A stretch of 64,000 bases of DNA from Planctomycetota bacterium (GCA_017993505.1 JAGOMP010000005.1:16537-80536); one strand, 5' to 3'; shown: positions 9,252 through 18,863, numbered from the stretch's first letter. Numbers and translations: made by a program. Notes: a model not told the origin generated them from the letters alone.

Positions 9252-9306
9252 AAAAATATTAAAAGAAGCCTTTGAATTAAAAAATATTAAAAGAAGCCTT
9301 TGAATT
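9252..9306. repeat. Two tandem copies of a ~27-bp direct repeat (AAAAATATTAAAAGAAGCCTTTGAATT)
   Basis: Read directly; copies at 9252-9278 and 9280-9306. Intergenic, upstream of the STAS-fusion gene. Confidence 0.8.
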
Positions 9307-9378
9307 ATTGTAAAAAAATGCCATTAAAGAAATCCAGGGATTCCTTTAATGACATTAAATAATTTTAAAAACAACAGA

Positions 9379-9522
9379 TTATTTTTTACCTGTTTTTGGA
9401 GCACTACCGCCCTTTTTTGCTGCTGAGCCCTGAGATTTTCCTGCTGATTTTTCAGCTTCTTTTCCACCTTTACCTTGTTTTTTTGCAGCATCTTTTGCAT
9501 CTTTTGGACTTGTTTTTCCCAT
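9379..9522 (-). CDS. Possible small ORF (47 aa), lysine/glycine-rich, strongly basic
   Basis: Own translation: MGKTSPKDAKDAAKKQGKGGKEAEKSAGKSQGSAAKKGGSAPKTGKK. ATG 9522, TAA 9381-9379. A GGA-containing purine stretch lies 5-9 nt upstream. This segment looks less AT-rich than the surrounding spacer. Below the track length cutoff. Confidence 0.35.
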   Translation of the reverse strand: MGKTSPKDAKDAAKKQGKGGKEAEKSAGKSQGSAAKKGGSAPKTGKK

Positions 9523-9790
9523 CTTCTATCCTTTTCAAAAAATAAAAATATAAATGAAATTACATAAAATTTTACTTATCTTACAAATAGCATTGACAAC
9601 AATAAGTTTAAATTTGCAACTTCATTTACGTTATTTATTTTTTTGTATAGTTGTTTAATCTATATTTTATTGCTATCTTGCTATAAGATTTTTCAATTTT
9701 TTTATGATATATTATTATATATTATTTTTTTATGATTGTCAATTTATTTTTTTATAATATTTAATATTTTTTATTAAAAAAAAATAAATA

Positions 9791-11209
9791 TTATTGTCCT
9801 ATAAATTCCCGAATGAGATTATCTTTTGGAATTTTTTTGATCTCTTCTGTTGTCGGTAATTCTACTTGTTCCAATAATTTTTTTACTCGTATGCCACGCC
9901 GATATGCATCTAACCTGCCTCGTTCTTTATATTTTGTAAGGATCTGATCTTGGAAGGGCGATTCATTGTTGTTGTTGTAGAGTTGATATTTTAAAGTAGG
10001 TAAATCATATAACAAAGCACCATTAATACATGCATCAGCTGTAAGTATATATGGTACAATACCTTTAAAATCTCCTTTACGTACAGTAGCCCAATGTTCA
10101 AGTGTATATTGGAACGTGTAGCCTCTATCACGTACATCTCGACACATTCTACGGAGCATGCGAATATCAGTGAATTTAATGGGTTGGCCCTCATTATTGA
10201 ACAATCCAGGATATGTTTCAATATATACCTTGAATTTTAAGTTATTTGGTACAGCTTCTGTGGTGGGAGGATAAAGACCATGGAGACAATCAAGCAATAA
10301 AATTTCATTTTCTTTTAATTGAAATGGTTCTTGGGAAGTAGTGCGAATTTTAAAATTATTCATAGGAGGGTAGATGGCTTCTCCTTTGATTAATGATTCT
10401 AAATCTTTATTGAGACGGCATAGGTCAATAGATTCTGGTAATTCATAATCCATGTCTCCAAACCAGTCTCTAGGATATTCTTCTGAGGAAAAGAAATAAT
10501 TGTCAACTTCCAAGATTTTGAATGTATAGCCTCGATTGTGTAGATATTGAGATAATTTTTTGCAAGTAGTTGTTTTTCCTGAGGAAGAAGGTCCTGCAAT
10601 AATCATTACCTTAATTTTTTTCTGTTGAAATTTTTTCTCAAATTGAGAAACTGCTTTTTGTAATTCTTGTTCATATCTTTCAGTATCTAAAGACACAAGT
10701 TCTAAGAATTTTCCTTGATGGATTTTTTCATTTAAGTCTTTTATATTTTGAATTCCCTGTTTTTTACACCATTTTTCTCGTTGTTTAAGTAATGTTTTAG
10801 GATAACCATTACCTGCAAATTGTCGTTTTTTAAGCCAGCCAAGACGCAGAGCATTTTGTCCTTCGCGATAAATGCTATAGGAGGAAGAAACACGTTCAAA
10901 ACCTCGATCCATGAGAACGTCAATCACCGTATCATGAATTTCATCTAATGAAGGTGGACGGTGGGGCGAGCGGTATTCTTTTTGCATATTTAAACAAAGA
11001 ATTACATCTTCTGTCAATGCTTGGGCAATAAATTCTTCTGATTTAGACGAAAAATGAGCATACACAGAATCAGGATCAATATTTTTTACTAATCCATCTA
11101 CTTCATGTGCTGCTTTTAAAATAGCTTCTTCGATGCATTTATTGTCAAAATCCATTAAAAATCCTTTTTTATTGATTTTGACTTTTCCAATACGGTTTTC
11201 AATTGCCAT
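9791..11209 (-). CDS. ATP-cone domain fused to a uridine kinase / phosphoribulokinase-family P-loop kinase
   Basis: N-terminal KVKINKKGFLMDFDNKCIEEAILKA (ATP-cone-like opening). Central Walker A IIAGPSSSGKTT followed by a PRK/UDK-like region. Confidence 0.6.
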   Translation of the reverse strand: MAIENRIGKVKINKKGFLMDFDNKCIEEAILKAAHEVDGLVKNIDPDSVYAHFSSKSEEFIAQALTEDVILCLNMQKEYRSPHRPPSLDEIHDTVIDVLMDRGFERVSSSYSIYREGQNALRLGWLKKRQFAGNGYPKTLLKQREKWCKKQGIQNIKDLNEKIHQGKFLELVSLDTERYEQELQKAVSQFEKKFQQKKIKVMIIAGPSSSGKTTTCKKLSQYLHNRGYTFKILEVDNYFFSSEEYPRDWFGDMDYELPESIDLCRLNKDLESLIKGEAIYPPMNNFKIRTTSQEPFQLKENEILLLDCLHGLYPPTTEAVPNNLKFKVYIETYPGLFNNEGQPIKFTDIRMLRRMCRDVRDRGYTFQYTLEHWATVRKGDFKGIVPYILTADACINGALLYDLPTLKYQLYNNNNESPFQDQILTKYKERGRLDAYRRGIRVKKLLEQVELPTTEEIKKIPKDNLIREFIGQ

Positions 11210-11221
11210 GGATCATCCTTT

Positions 11222-11611
11222 CTACAGGGCAAGCTTTTTTGCTAAGACTTGTAATTCTTCTAAAGAAGATTTTTTACGGTCAGGACCATTCAAAGGAACT
11301 TGTTGCATATTTGTAGTAGGGATTAAATGAACGTGAGTATGAGGAACTTCCCACCCTATAACTGCCATGCAAACTCGTGGGCAACCTGTTTTTTCTTTTA
11401 AATGTTGAGCAATTTTTTTAGATAATTTCATTAATTCTTCATATGTGCTATCTTCGAGTTCAAAAATATAAGGATCTGCCTTTTTAGGAATGACCAAAGT
11501 ATGACCTTCTGCTATAGGATTTACATCTAAAAAAGCAAAAAATTTATCATCTTCATAAATTTTGGCACAAGGGATTTCGCCTTGGATAATTTTTTCAAAA
11601 ATTGTAGACAT
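11222..11611 (-). CDS. HIT-family (histidine triad) nucleotide hydrolase
   Basis: Histidine triad HTHVHLIP. N-terminal IFEKIIQGEIPCAKIYEDD typical of HinT-like proteins. Confidence 0.9.
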   Translation of the reverse strand: MSTIFEKIIQGEIPCAKIYEDDKFFAFLDVNPIAEGHTLVIPKKADPYIFELEDSTYEELMKLSKKIAQHLKEKTGCPRVCMAVIGWEVPHTHVHLIPTTNMQQVPLNGPDRKKSSLEELQVLAKKLAL

Positions 11612-11885
11612 TTTTAACTCCTAAAATATATAAAATTTATTGTAAAAATTATTGTAAAAAAAATTTAGTTTCTTGTCAAAAAGAAAATTTTATGTTACAA
11701 ATATTTCAACATATTTTTTCATATATATTTCATTCTTTCCCCAAACAATTTTTAAATGTATGTTTTTTTTAGTAAAAATTGGTCTCTTTAGCCATAATTA
11801 AATGAGAAATTATCCATTCAAAAAATAGCAAATTAAAATTATTTTAAAATTTACTTCTTAGGAGAAGAAAAAATAGAGGTATAAA

Positions 11886-12860
11886 ATGAAAAAAAATATC
11901 TTTCTTATTTTATTTTTATGTATATTTGTATCGTTTCCGATTTTTAGTCAAGAAAATATAGCATCTCATTCTTATTGTGTACTCAATATTACAAAACAGG
12001 AAATTGTATCTCATAAAAATTCTTTGCAACAACTACCACCTGCGAGTACAGTGAAACTTTTAACTGCTATGGTAGTATTAGATAACAAATTTTGGAACCA
12101 AGAATTTGTTACTTCTCCGAAAGCAGTTGCCGTAGAACCTACAAAGCTAGGGTTGGAAAATGGTGACAAAATGATTGTCAAAGATTTACTACATGCATTG
12201 CTTTTAAAATCTGCCAATGATGTAGCCATTATTCTTGCAGAAGGAGTAGCTGGTTCTGTGGAGACATTTGCACAACTTATGAACGAAAAAGCAAAACAGC
12301 TTGGATGCCAACAAAGCAATTTTGTAACGCCCAATGGACTACCAGCAAAAAATCAATATTCTTGTGCTTATGATCTAGCAGTTATTGCAGCCAATGCATC
12401 ATGTTATTCACAAATCAGAGAAATATTAAATTGCCCGAGCACATACATTACAACCTCTTCTGGCAAAAAATACTATATTAAAACAGGGAATAAGCTTTCT
12501 ATAGGGAAATATCCTGTGTATGGGAAAACAGGTTGGACTAATAGAGCAGGCAATACATTTTGTGGATTTACAACTATCAATAACGAACAATTTGCTATTG
12601 CTGTTCTTAAAGTTCCTAGACGAAAACAAATGTGGGAAGACATACTACATCTTTTGGGCTTAAAAGATAAAGTCCACATATTAGAAAAAACAAAAGCCAA
12701 CATACAACGCCTTCTTCATAAAAAAGGCTATTACAAAGGGAAATTAGATGGACGATTGGGACCTAAAAGCATTGAAGCCATTAAAAAATTTCAAAAGGAC
12801 AACAACTTAGAAGTGGACGGAAAAGTGGGCCCCAATACTTGGGATGCACTCAATCAATAG
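11886..12860 (+). CDS. Serine-type D-Ala-D-Ala carboxypeptidase (S11 PBP) with C-terminal peptidoglycan-binding domain
   Basis: SxxK (ASTVK), SxN (SAND), KTG (KTGWT). C-terminal LGPKSIEAIKKFQKDNNLEVDGKVGPNTWDAL (PG_binding_1-like). Signal peptide. Confidence 0.85.
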   Translation: MKKNIFLILFLCIFVSFPIFSQENIASHSYCVLNITKQEIVSHKNSLQQLPPASTVKLLTAMVVLDNKFWNQEFVTSPKAVAVEPTKLGLENGDKMIVKDLLHALLLKSANDVAIILAEGVAGSVETFAQLMNEKAKQLGCQQSNFVTPNGLPAKNQYSCAYDLAVIAANASCYSQIREILNCPSTYITTSSGKKYYIKTGNKLSIGKYPVYGKTGWTNRAGNTFCGFTTINNEQFAIAVLKVPRRKQMWEDILHLLGLKDKVHILEKTKANIQRLLHKKGYYKGKLDGRLGPKSIEAIKKFQKDNNLEVDGKVGPNTWDALNQ

Positions 12861-12871
12861 ATGAGGAGAGC

Positions 12872-13429
12872 ATGCAATTAAACAATATTATCTACAATGA
12901 AGGAAAACATCACTTAAGTACGATTCTTTCCAATATATATATAAAAGCACAAGAAAATAAAGAAGAATTTATACAAAAAGTGCAGCAAGCAGGTGATGGA
13001 ATTTTAGATATTTACATGGGGAAACTTACTACTGAAAACATAAAACGCGAAATTTTAGAAAAACTTTCTGCATACCATGTACATGATAAAGCAACGTATG
13101 AACAATTTTTACAAACACATGGCAAAATTGTTCGCCAAGGCTATTATTACAATCTTGCACTCAGTGATACAACGATCATCACATTACGAGCAGGCGATCA
13201 AGAACAAGGCTATATTCATATACATCCGGCTCGCTATTCTCCCAATACACTTCGAGTTCCAGCAAAAGCCTTTCGCACAGCTGTATTGTCTATTTATTTG
13301 TCTATTAGTAATCAAGAACCCATGGATATTGCTTTGATCAATAAAGCAAGAAGTATGTTACAACTTCCACCTATTGATAAAAAAAGTAATAAAATTTTTG
13401 AAATTATAAATTTTTTCTTACAAAAATAA
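12872..13429 (+). CDS. Hypothetical protein
   Basis: Long ORF. I prefer ATG 12872, preceded by GAGGAG and lying after the dac stop, over the track start 12839. No motif recognised. Confidence 0.5.
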   Translation: MQLNNIIYNEGKHHLSTILSNIYIKAQENKEEFIQKVQQAGDGILDIYMGKLTTENIKREILEKLSAYHVHDKATYEQFLQTHGKIVRQGYYYNLALSDTTIITLRAGDQEQGYIHIHPARYSPNTLRVPAKAFRTAVLSIYLSISNQEPMDIALINKARSMLQLPPIDKKSNKIFEIINFFLQK

Positions 13430-13487
13430 TTTTTCATATTTATTGTTTATTATATTTGCATGCTTTCAGAAACACATGCAACATAAC

Positions 13488-13525
13488 AAAGAGGAAGGAA
13501 AATTTTAAAATTTTCCTTCCTCTTT
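13488..13525. terminator. Bidirectional hairpin between convergent genes
   Basis: AAAGAGGAAGGAAAATT-TTAA-AATTTTCCTTCCTCTTT, perfect 17-bp stem. Confidence 0.8.
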
Positions 13526-13619
13526 TAGTTATTATAAAAATCCATTCATAGTATATTTCAATTCTATACTTGAAAAGTATTATTTATTCTTTCCAAATTT
13601 TATGATTATAAAATTCTAT

Positions 13620-14144
13620 CTATTTTTTTTGTAATTCTTTTTGAACTAATTGAATCATATCTTGGAATTCTTTTAACTGATAGCCAACAGATTGATATAT
13701 AACAACGCCTTGTTTATTGATTACATAATTTCGTGGAATATATTCTTTTGCAAATTTTTTATAGATAGTGGACTCTGGATCTTCAATAAAGGGGAAGGTA
13801 ACTTTCATTTTTTCTTGAAATTTTAATAAATTTTCTTCTTTTTCTCCACGACCAATGGAAAGTAAAACAAAATTTTCATTATTTTTAAGCATTTGGTATG
13901 CTTTTTCTAATTCAGGCATTTCTCTTTTACATGGTGGACACCAAGTAGCAAAAAAATTTACAATTACTACTTTATTTTTCCATTCTACTTCTTCACCTAA
14001 TATATTAACTATTTCACCAAGAGGAGCCTTTTCACCATTTTTTATCACATTGTAGGGTGCTAAGTCATCGCTTTGGGCAAAACTCCATATAGAAAAAACT
14101 AGCACAACAACAAGAATTCCATATAACAGAAAATTTTTTTTCAT
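13620..14144 (-). CDS. TlpA/ResA-like periplasmic thiol:disulfide oxidoreductase (thioredoxin fold)
   Basis: WCPPC active site, signal peptide, size 174 aa. Confidence 0.85.
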   Translation of the reverse strand: MKKNFLLYGILVVVLVFSIWSFAQSDDLAPYNVIKNGEKAPLGEIVNILGEEVEWKNKVVIVNFFATWCPPCKREMPELEKAYQMLKNNENFVLLSIGRGEKEENLLKFQEKMKVTFPFIEDPESTIYKKFAKEYIPRNYVINKQGVVIYQSVGYQLKEFQDMIQLVQKELQKK

Positions 14145-14329
14145 AAGATTCTCCTTTTAAAAATAAAGATAGAAAAACAAAAATATCATACATTGTTTTA
14201 CCATTTTTGCAATTCATAATTTACTAAAAATTATAGAATTTTTTTCTATAATAAAGTATAAAACATGCATTTAGAAACTGTTATATTATTTTCTAAGTGC
14301 ATGTTCATTTTTTGTTAAAAATATATTAT

Positions 14330-16555
14330 CTATTCTTCCTGTTCTTGTTCTTGTTCCTGTTCTTCTTCTTCCTCATCTTCTTCAGAACTTGTTCGTAAAA
14401 TTGTTATCATAACTTCTTGAATTCCAAATTCTTTGAAAATATCTTGCAAATATTTTACTTTTGATTGTGTATTCGAAGAAGTCTGTATAGAAATATTAGG
14501 TGCAATCTCTACAATCCTTGCACATCTTGCCTGTGGATAAAATAAACTGCGTAGCCAAGTGCGTTCTTTAACTTGATGTAAAAAATCTGGATTTTGTTGA
14601 TATAAGTATTGCAATGATTTAATTAATACATCAGCCCATGTTTCCACTTTAAACATCGTATCATTAATCATAAAATTTTCTGGTGTTGTCCAAGTAAAAG
14701 AATTAGTATCTTCTAGTAATAGATTGCACGTTTCACTTTTTGAAATTTTTTGTATTTGTAACATTGGCCAAATACAAATGGCTCGCTTTGCTAAAATTTC
14801 TGTTCTTTTATTAATTTCTGTTTCTGTCCATTTTTCTTGTTTTAAGGGATATTTACATAACCAAAGAATACTATCCGATGCATCAAAACCAAAATTATCT
14901 TTTTTTTGTTCTTCAAATGTCCGTTTTTTTCTAGTAGGATAACCTGTAATAGTTAAATTCCCTAAACAATGTAGTAAATTTCCCTGTACATTATCACTAA
15001 TATATCCGAGTGTATATCTTTCTTTTTTATTCTCTTTTTCTTGTAATTTTTGATACACTGTATCTTTATTTTCTAAACGTACAAAAAAATACTTTTGATA
15101 ATTTGCTTTCATCTCTTCATCAATTTTTTTTTCTATTAACATCTTTTTAAATTCATTATTATCTGGGAAACGAGTTTTCCCTTTTTTTTCGCTCAAAATT
15201 TGTTGGAGATGTTGTTCATAAGATAAAGGTGTATTATCATCGATATGATTTTGAGATGCTTTTATTCTATTTTTAATCGCACTATGTAAATTTTGAAAAA
15301 TTTTATTGAGTGCATTTGTTATCAAATTACAGAATAAACGTCGAAAACCATACGATTCAATGATACTAAGAACAGTTAAGACTTGTTGCTCTGTTAAAAG
15401 ATTTCCTTTAAATTCTCGAAAAACTTCCAATAAAAAAGGATAGACAGTTTTCATGTCTAATCGATTAATATAAGACAATGCCAAAGCAAGTTGTGGTTGA
15501 GAAGATGCAAGGGACTGAGGGTATAAAAATTTATGATAATTTTCTGCGTACTTTAGCAAAATTTTAAATAAATCTTCTCGATCATCTTTTTTAGGATCTT
15601 CTTGCAAATATTTTTGATAATATGTCTTAAACTCTGCATATGTTTTATCAATCTTTGAAATTTTTGTAGTGCGTGCTGTGAGAAAATCACGAATAAAAAG
15701 TCCAATACCATCTATCTCTTGACTATCTTTTCTAGAACGTTCTCTTTTTGTTAATTGTTCAATATTTTTCCAATACGTGTTATAAAAAGATTCTTGGGTA
15801 TCATAAGATAAATCCATTAGTAAATAATTTCTGATTTTATCTCCTTCTGTTAAATCTAGACCAGTAGCATTAATACTTTCAAAAATAAGTTGTGGATCTT
15901 CATTTTCATCCATAGTGATTTCTACTAGAGAAAGATTTTCAATTCCTTGTAGAAGTTGGGAAGCTGATATATTTGTTGTTTCTTTGATTCTTTGATAAAA
16001 ATATTGAAAATTATTCACAATATATTGATTTTTAACTTTACCATTTTCTATGTCTATTTTAATTTTATCGTCGAATCCGTGATATGTTGCGCTATCATTA
16101 TTATTTACTTGAAGTCTATCAAATAATAATTGATATGTTTCATCATCTTCTTTAGTCAATTGAATAAGGTATTCTTGTTTATTGTCTTGTTTTTTCTTAT
16201 AACTATTTATAAGATATATAGTTATAATCTCTTTACATAATTCTTCTGGAGGATAGTCTCCAGATTGGATCACATTGTCATCTAAAGCTACTTTTAAAGC
16301 AAGTAATAATAAACTAATAGTTGCAATGCGTTGTTGACCATCAATAACAATATACCTAGAATTAGCCTCTGTATCTTTAGTGATAATAATAGCACCAAAA
16401 AAATGAGATTTTCTACTTTTCAGGATCATATTTATTATATCGTCAAATAATTGTTCGCATTGTTCTATTCTCCAAGTATATTTTCTTTGATAAATAGGAA
16501 TTTTAAAATTTTTATTTTGAATGAGCTTATTAATATTAGATTTATAACATTCCAT
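14330..16555 (-). CDS. DUF262 (ParB/Srx-like NTPase) plus DUF1524-like protein, GmrSD-type architecture, with extra C-terminal domain and poly-E/Q tail
   Basis: N-terminal IPIYQRKYTWRIEQCEQLFDDI and IVIDGQQRI (DUF262 hallmarks). Distal LGNLTITG resembles the DUF1524 GNLTLL motif, but the expected upstream EHI-type His is LGYISDN. Ends EEDEEEEEQEQEQEQEE. Confidence 0.7.
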   Translation of the reverse strand: MECYKSNINKLIQNKNFKIPIYQRKYTWRIEQCEQLFDDIINMILKSRKSHFFGAIIITKDTEANSRYIVIDGQQRIATISLLLLALKVALDDNVIQSGDYPPEELCKEIITIYLINSYKKKQDNKQEYLIQLTKEDDETYQLLFDRLQVNNNDSATYHGFDDKIKIDIENGKVKNQYIVNNFQYFYQRIKETTNISASQLLQGIENLSLVEITMDENEDPQLIFESINATGLDLTEGDKIRNYLLMDLSYDTQESFYNTYWKNIEQLTKRERSRKDSQEIDGIGLFIRDFLTARTTKISKIDKTYAEFKTYYQKYLQEDPKKDDREDLFKILLKYAENYHKFLYPQSLASSQPQLALALSYINRLDMKTVYPFLLEVFREFKGNLLTEQQVLTVLSIIESYGFRRLFCNLITNALNKIFQNLHSAIKNRIKASQNHIDDNTPLSYEQHLQQILSEKKGKTRFPDNNEFKKMLIEKKIDEEMKANYQKYFFVRLENKDTVYQKLQEKENKKERYTLGYISDNVQGNLLHCLGNLTITGYPTRKKRTFEEQKKDNFGFDASDSILWLCKYPLKQEKWTETEINKRTEILAKRAICIWPMLQIQKISKSETCNLLLEDTNSFTWTTPENFMINDTMFKVETWADVLIKSLQYLYQQNPDFLHQVKERTWLRSLFYPQARCARIVEIAPNISIQTSSNTQSKVKYLQDIFKEFGIQEVMITILRTSSEEDEEEEEQEQEQEQEE

Positions 16556-16588
16556 TTTTTAGATCTCTGATAATAATATTGTATAAAA

Positions 16589-16619
16589 AAAGAGTGACTT
16601 TTAGAAAAAATCACTCTTT
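16589..16619 (-). terminator. Hairpin terminating the 16654-17517 gene, which isolates the DUF262 gene transcriptionally
   Basis: AAAGAGTGA ... TCACTCTTT (9-bp stem). On the minus strand it is followed by TTTTTTTAT. Confidence 0.6.
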
Positions 16620-16653
16620 GAATATATTTTTAGAATAGTTATATTACTACAAA

Positions 16654-17517
16654 CTATTGAAGGATGAAAGCAATAGCTGTATCTACTAAAATTTTTCCTT
16701 CTAATACTTCTAGTCTTTTTTTGAGACTTTTGATTTTTCGATCAGCAAGTAGTCGAGTGTGTTTATTTTTCCAACTAGCTACTTTTTCGAGTTCAGCACG
16801 TTTTGCTTCTCTATCTTGGAGTTGTTTTTGAATGGCTTTATATTCTGCTGGTACAGGATTGGGAGTCTTTTTTTTGTAAAGGAATTGAACAGCTTGTTTT
16901 TGTAGGTCATACATTTTTGATAAATTTGCTTTAGCTGTTGCAACTTCTTCGTCTGAGATGACTCTTTTGCTTAAAGATGCAAGAACACAATACACAATAG
17001 AAAGACGAACGTTAATATCGTCTAGTTTTTCTTCAGCTTTTTTGACATTTCTTGCAGCATTGCTGATTTTAACTTTATGAACTTGTTTTTTAATCCAACC
17101 AAGTGTTTCAAGTTCAGCTTCTAATTCTTTAAGGTGTTCTTGTTTTTCTTCAATATCAAGAATAGCATCATCTTTTTCAGCTTCTAGATTAGATGCACAA
17201 GCAATAATTCTGTCAACTGCTTTACCTAAAAATTCAGCGTCAGTTTCCACTTTTTCATCTGCGTCAATCACAATGTCTTCTATATCATCATCTTCTTCGG
17301 CTTCTTCTTCGACTTCTTCAACTTCTTCTTCGACTTCTTCTTCAGCTTCTTCTTCGGCTAATTCTTCGATTGCTTGGTCAGCTTCTTCTAGTTCTTCTTC
17401 AGCGAAGTCTTCTACAAATTCAATTTCATCAACTTCTTCTACAGGGATTTCTGGTTCTTGTGCCACCATAGGCACCATCATGCTGAAAGCTACTAACATA
17501 ACTAAAAATAATTTCAT
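16654..17517 (-). CDS. Secreted acidic coiled-coil protein (hypothetical)
   Basis: Signal peptide MKLFLVMLVAFSMMVPMVAQ. E-rich tract (EEEAEEEVEEEVEEVEEEAEEDDD). Heptad-like remainder. Confidence 0.65.
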   Translation of the reverse strand: MKLFLVMLVAFSMMVPMVAQEPEIPVEEVDEIEFVEDFAEEELEEADQAIEELAEEEAEEEVEEEVEEVEEEAEEDDDIEDIVIDADEKVETDAEFLGKAVDRIIACASNLEAEKDDAILDIEEKQEHLKELEAELETLGWIKKQVHKVKISNAARNVKKAEEKLDDINVRLSIVYCVLASLSKRVISDEEVATAKANLSKMYDLQKQAVQFLYKKKTPNPVPAEYKAIQKQLQDREAKRAELEKVASWKNKHTRLLADRKIKSLKKRLEVLEGKILVDTAIAFILQ

Positions 17518-17532
17518 ATTAACAACTCCTTT

Positions 17533-17784
17533 TTAACAATAAAAGATACACAATAACAAAATTTCACTGAATTTAATTGAAAATACATTCATTATAATGT
17601 ATTAATTATAATGTAAAGTCAAGAGAAATTTATTATACATTTTCCCAATTTAACAATAAAAGATACAGATAAAAAACTTCATTGAATTGAATTCAAAAAT
17701 ACATGAATTATAACGTAAAGTCAAGAAAATTTTATGAATTACAATGTAAAGTTAAGAAAGATTTACAGTGTATTTTTCCAAATT
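17533..17784. repeat. Imperfect tandem duplication (~117 bp x2) in the divergent promoter region upstream of mrp, carrying three GTAAAGTYAAGA boxes
   Basis: Copies start with TTAACAATAAAAGATACA at 17533 and 17649. Boxes at 17613-17624, 17715-17726 and 17746-17757, each within AATTAYAAYGTAAAGTYAAGA. Confidence 0.75.
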
Positions 17785-17807
17785 TTATATTATAAAAAGG
17801 TGAAAAA

Positions 17808-18863
17808 ATGAATTGTATTACAGAGGATCAAGTCTATAAAGCTCTGTCTAACGTACTTGATCCAGACTTAAACCAAGATATTGTTAGTCTTGGTTTTATT
17901 AAAAATTTACACATTCAAGGAAATGATGTTTCTTTTGCTATTGAACTAACGACTCCAGCTTGTCCTTTTAAACAAAAAATTCGTGATGCTGCTGAAACAT
18001 ATGTTCGCCAAATTCCTAGCATTGGAAACGTAGACATTACCTTGACTTCTCAAGTGCTTGAAAACAAATTTTCAAAAAAATCATCTTTAAAAGGCGTAAA
18101 GCACATTATTGCTATAGCAAGTGGTAAAGGTGGTGTGGGTAAATCCACGGTAAGTGCGAATATTGCACTGGCACTTGCAAAAACAGGTGCTAAAATTGGA
18201 CTTTTAGACGCTGACATTTATGGTCCCAGCATCCCATTATTATTAAACACCCAAGGTTCAGAATTAAATGGCACAGAACAAGAAATAATACCAGTACAAC
18301 GCTACGGAATCAGCATGATTTCTATGGGATATCTATTACCAAAAGAAGAAGCTGTAATCTGGCGCGGTCCTATGTTAAGTAAAATAGTAAGTCAATTTCT
18401 ATTGGACGTACAATGGGGAGAACTAGACTATTTAATCGTAGATTTACCTCCCGGAACAGGCGACGTCCAACTAGGTCTATGCCAACAAGTGGAAGTAAGT
18501 GGTGTTGTAATTGTGAGTACACCGCAAGAAGCAGCTTGGAGCATTGCACAAAAGGCAATTTCCATGTTCCAACAACTAGAAGTTCCAATTTTAGGCTTAG
18601 TGGAAAATATGAGCTATTATATTTGCCCTCATTGCAACGAAAAAGAATACATTTTTGGAGAAGGAGGTGCTAAAAAATTAGCTCAAAAACTACACTTGCC
18701 ATTTTTAGGAGAAATTCCTTTAGCGACTTCTGTTCGAACAAATTCAGATAAAGGTACTCCCATTGTCATTTCCGATGAAAATAGTCCAATAGCACAAGCA
18801 TTTCAAAAAATTGCTTGTGAAATGGCTGCACAAATTAGTAAATGTGTATTGTTAGAAATATAA
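17808..18863 (+). CDS. apbC: Mrp/ApbC/NBP35-family Fe-S cluster carrier ATPase with N-terminal DUF59-like domain
   Basis: Deviant Walker A ASGKGGVGKST. N-terminal LDPDLNQDIVSLGFI. CPHC cluster-ligand motif. Confidence 0.9.
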   Translation: MNCITEDQVYKALSNVLDPDLNQDIVSLGFIKNLHIQGNDVSFAIELTTPACPFKQKIRDAAETYVRQIPSIGNVDITLTSQVLENKFSKKSSLKGVKHIIAIASGKGGVGKSTVSANIALALAKTGAKIGLLDADIYGPSIPLLLNTQGSELNGTEQEIIPVQRYGISMISMGYLLPKEEAVIWRGPMLSKIVSQFLLDVQWGELDYLIVDLPPGTGDVQLGLCQQVEVSGVVIVSTPQEAAWSIAQKAISMFQQLEVPILGLVENMSYYICPHCNEKEYIFGEGGAKKLAQKLHLPFLGEIPLATSVRTNSDKGTPIVISDENSPIAQAFQKIACEMAAQISKCVLLEI

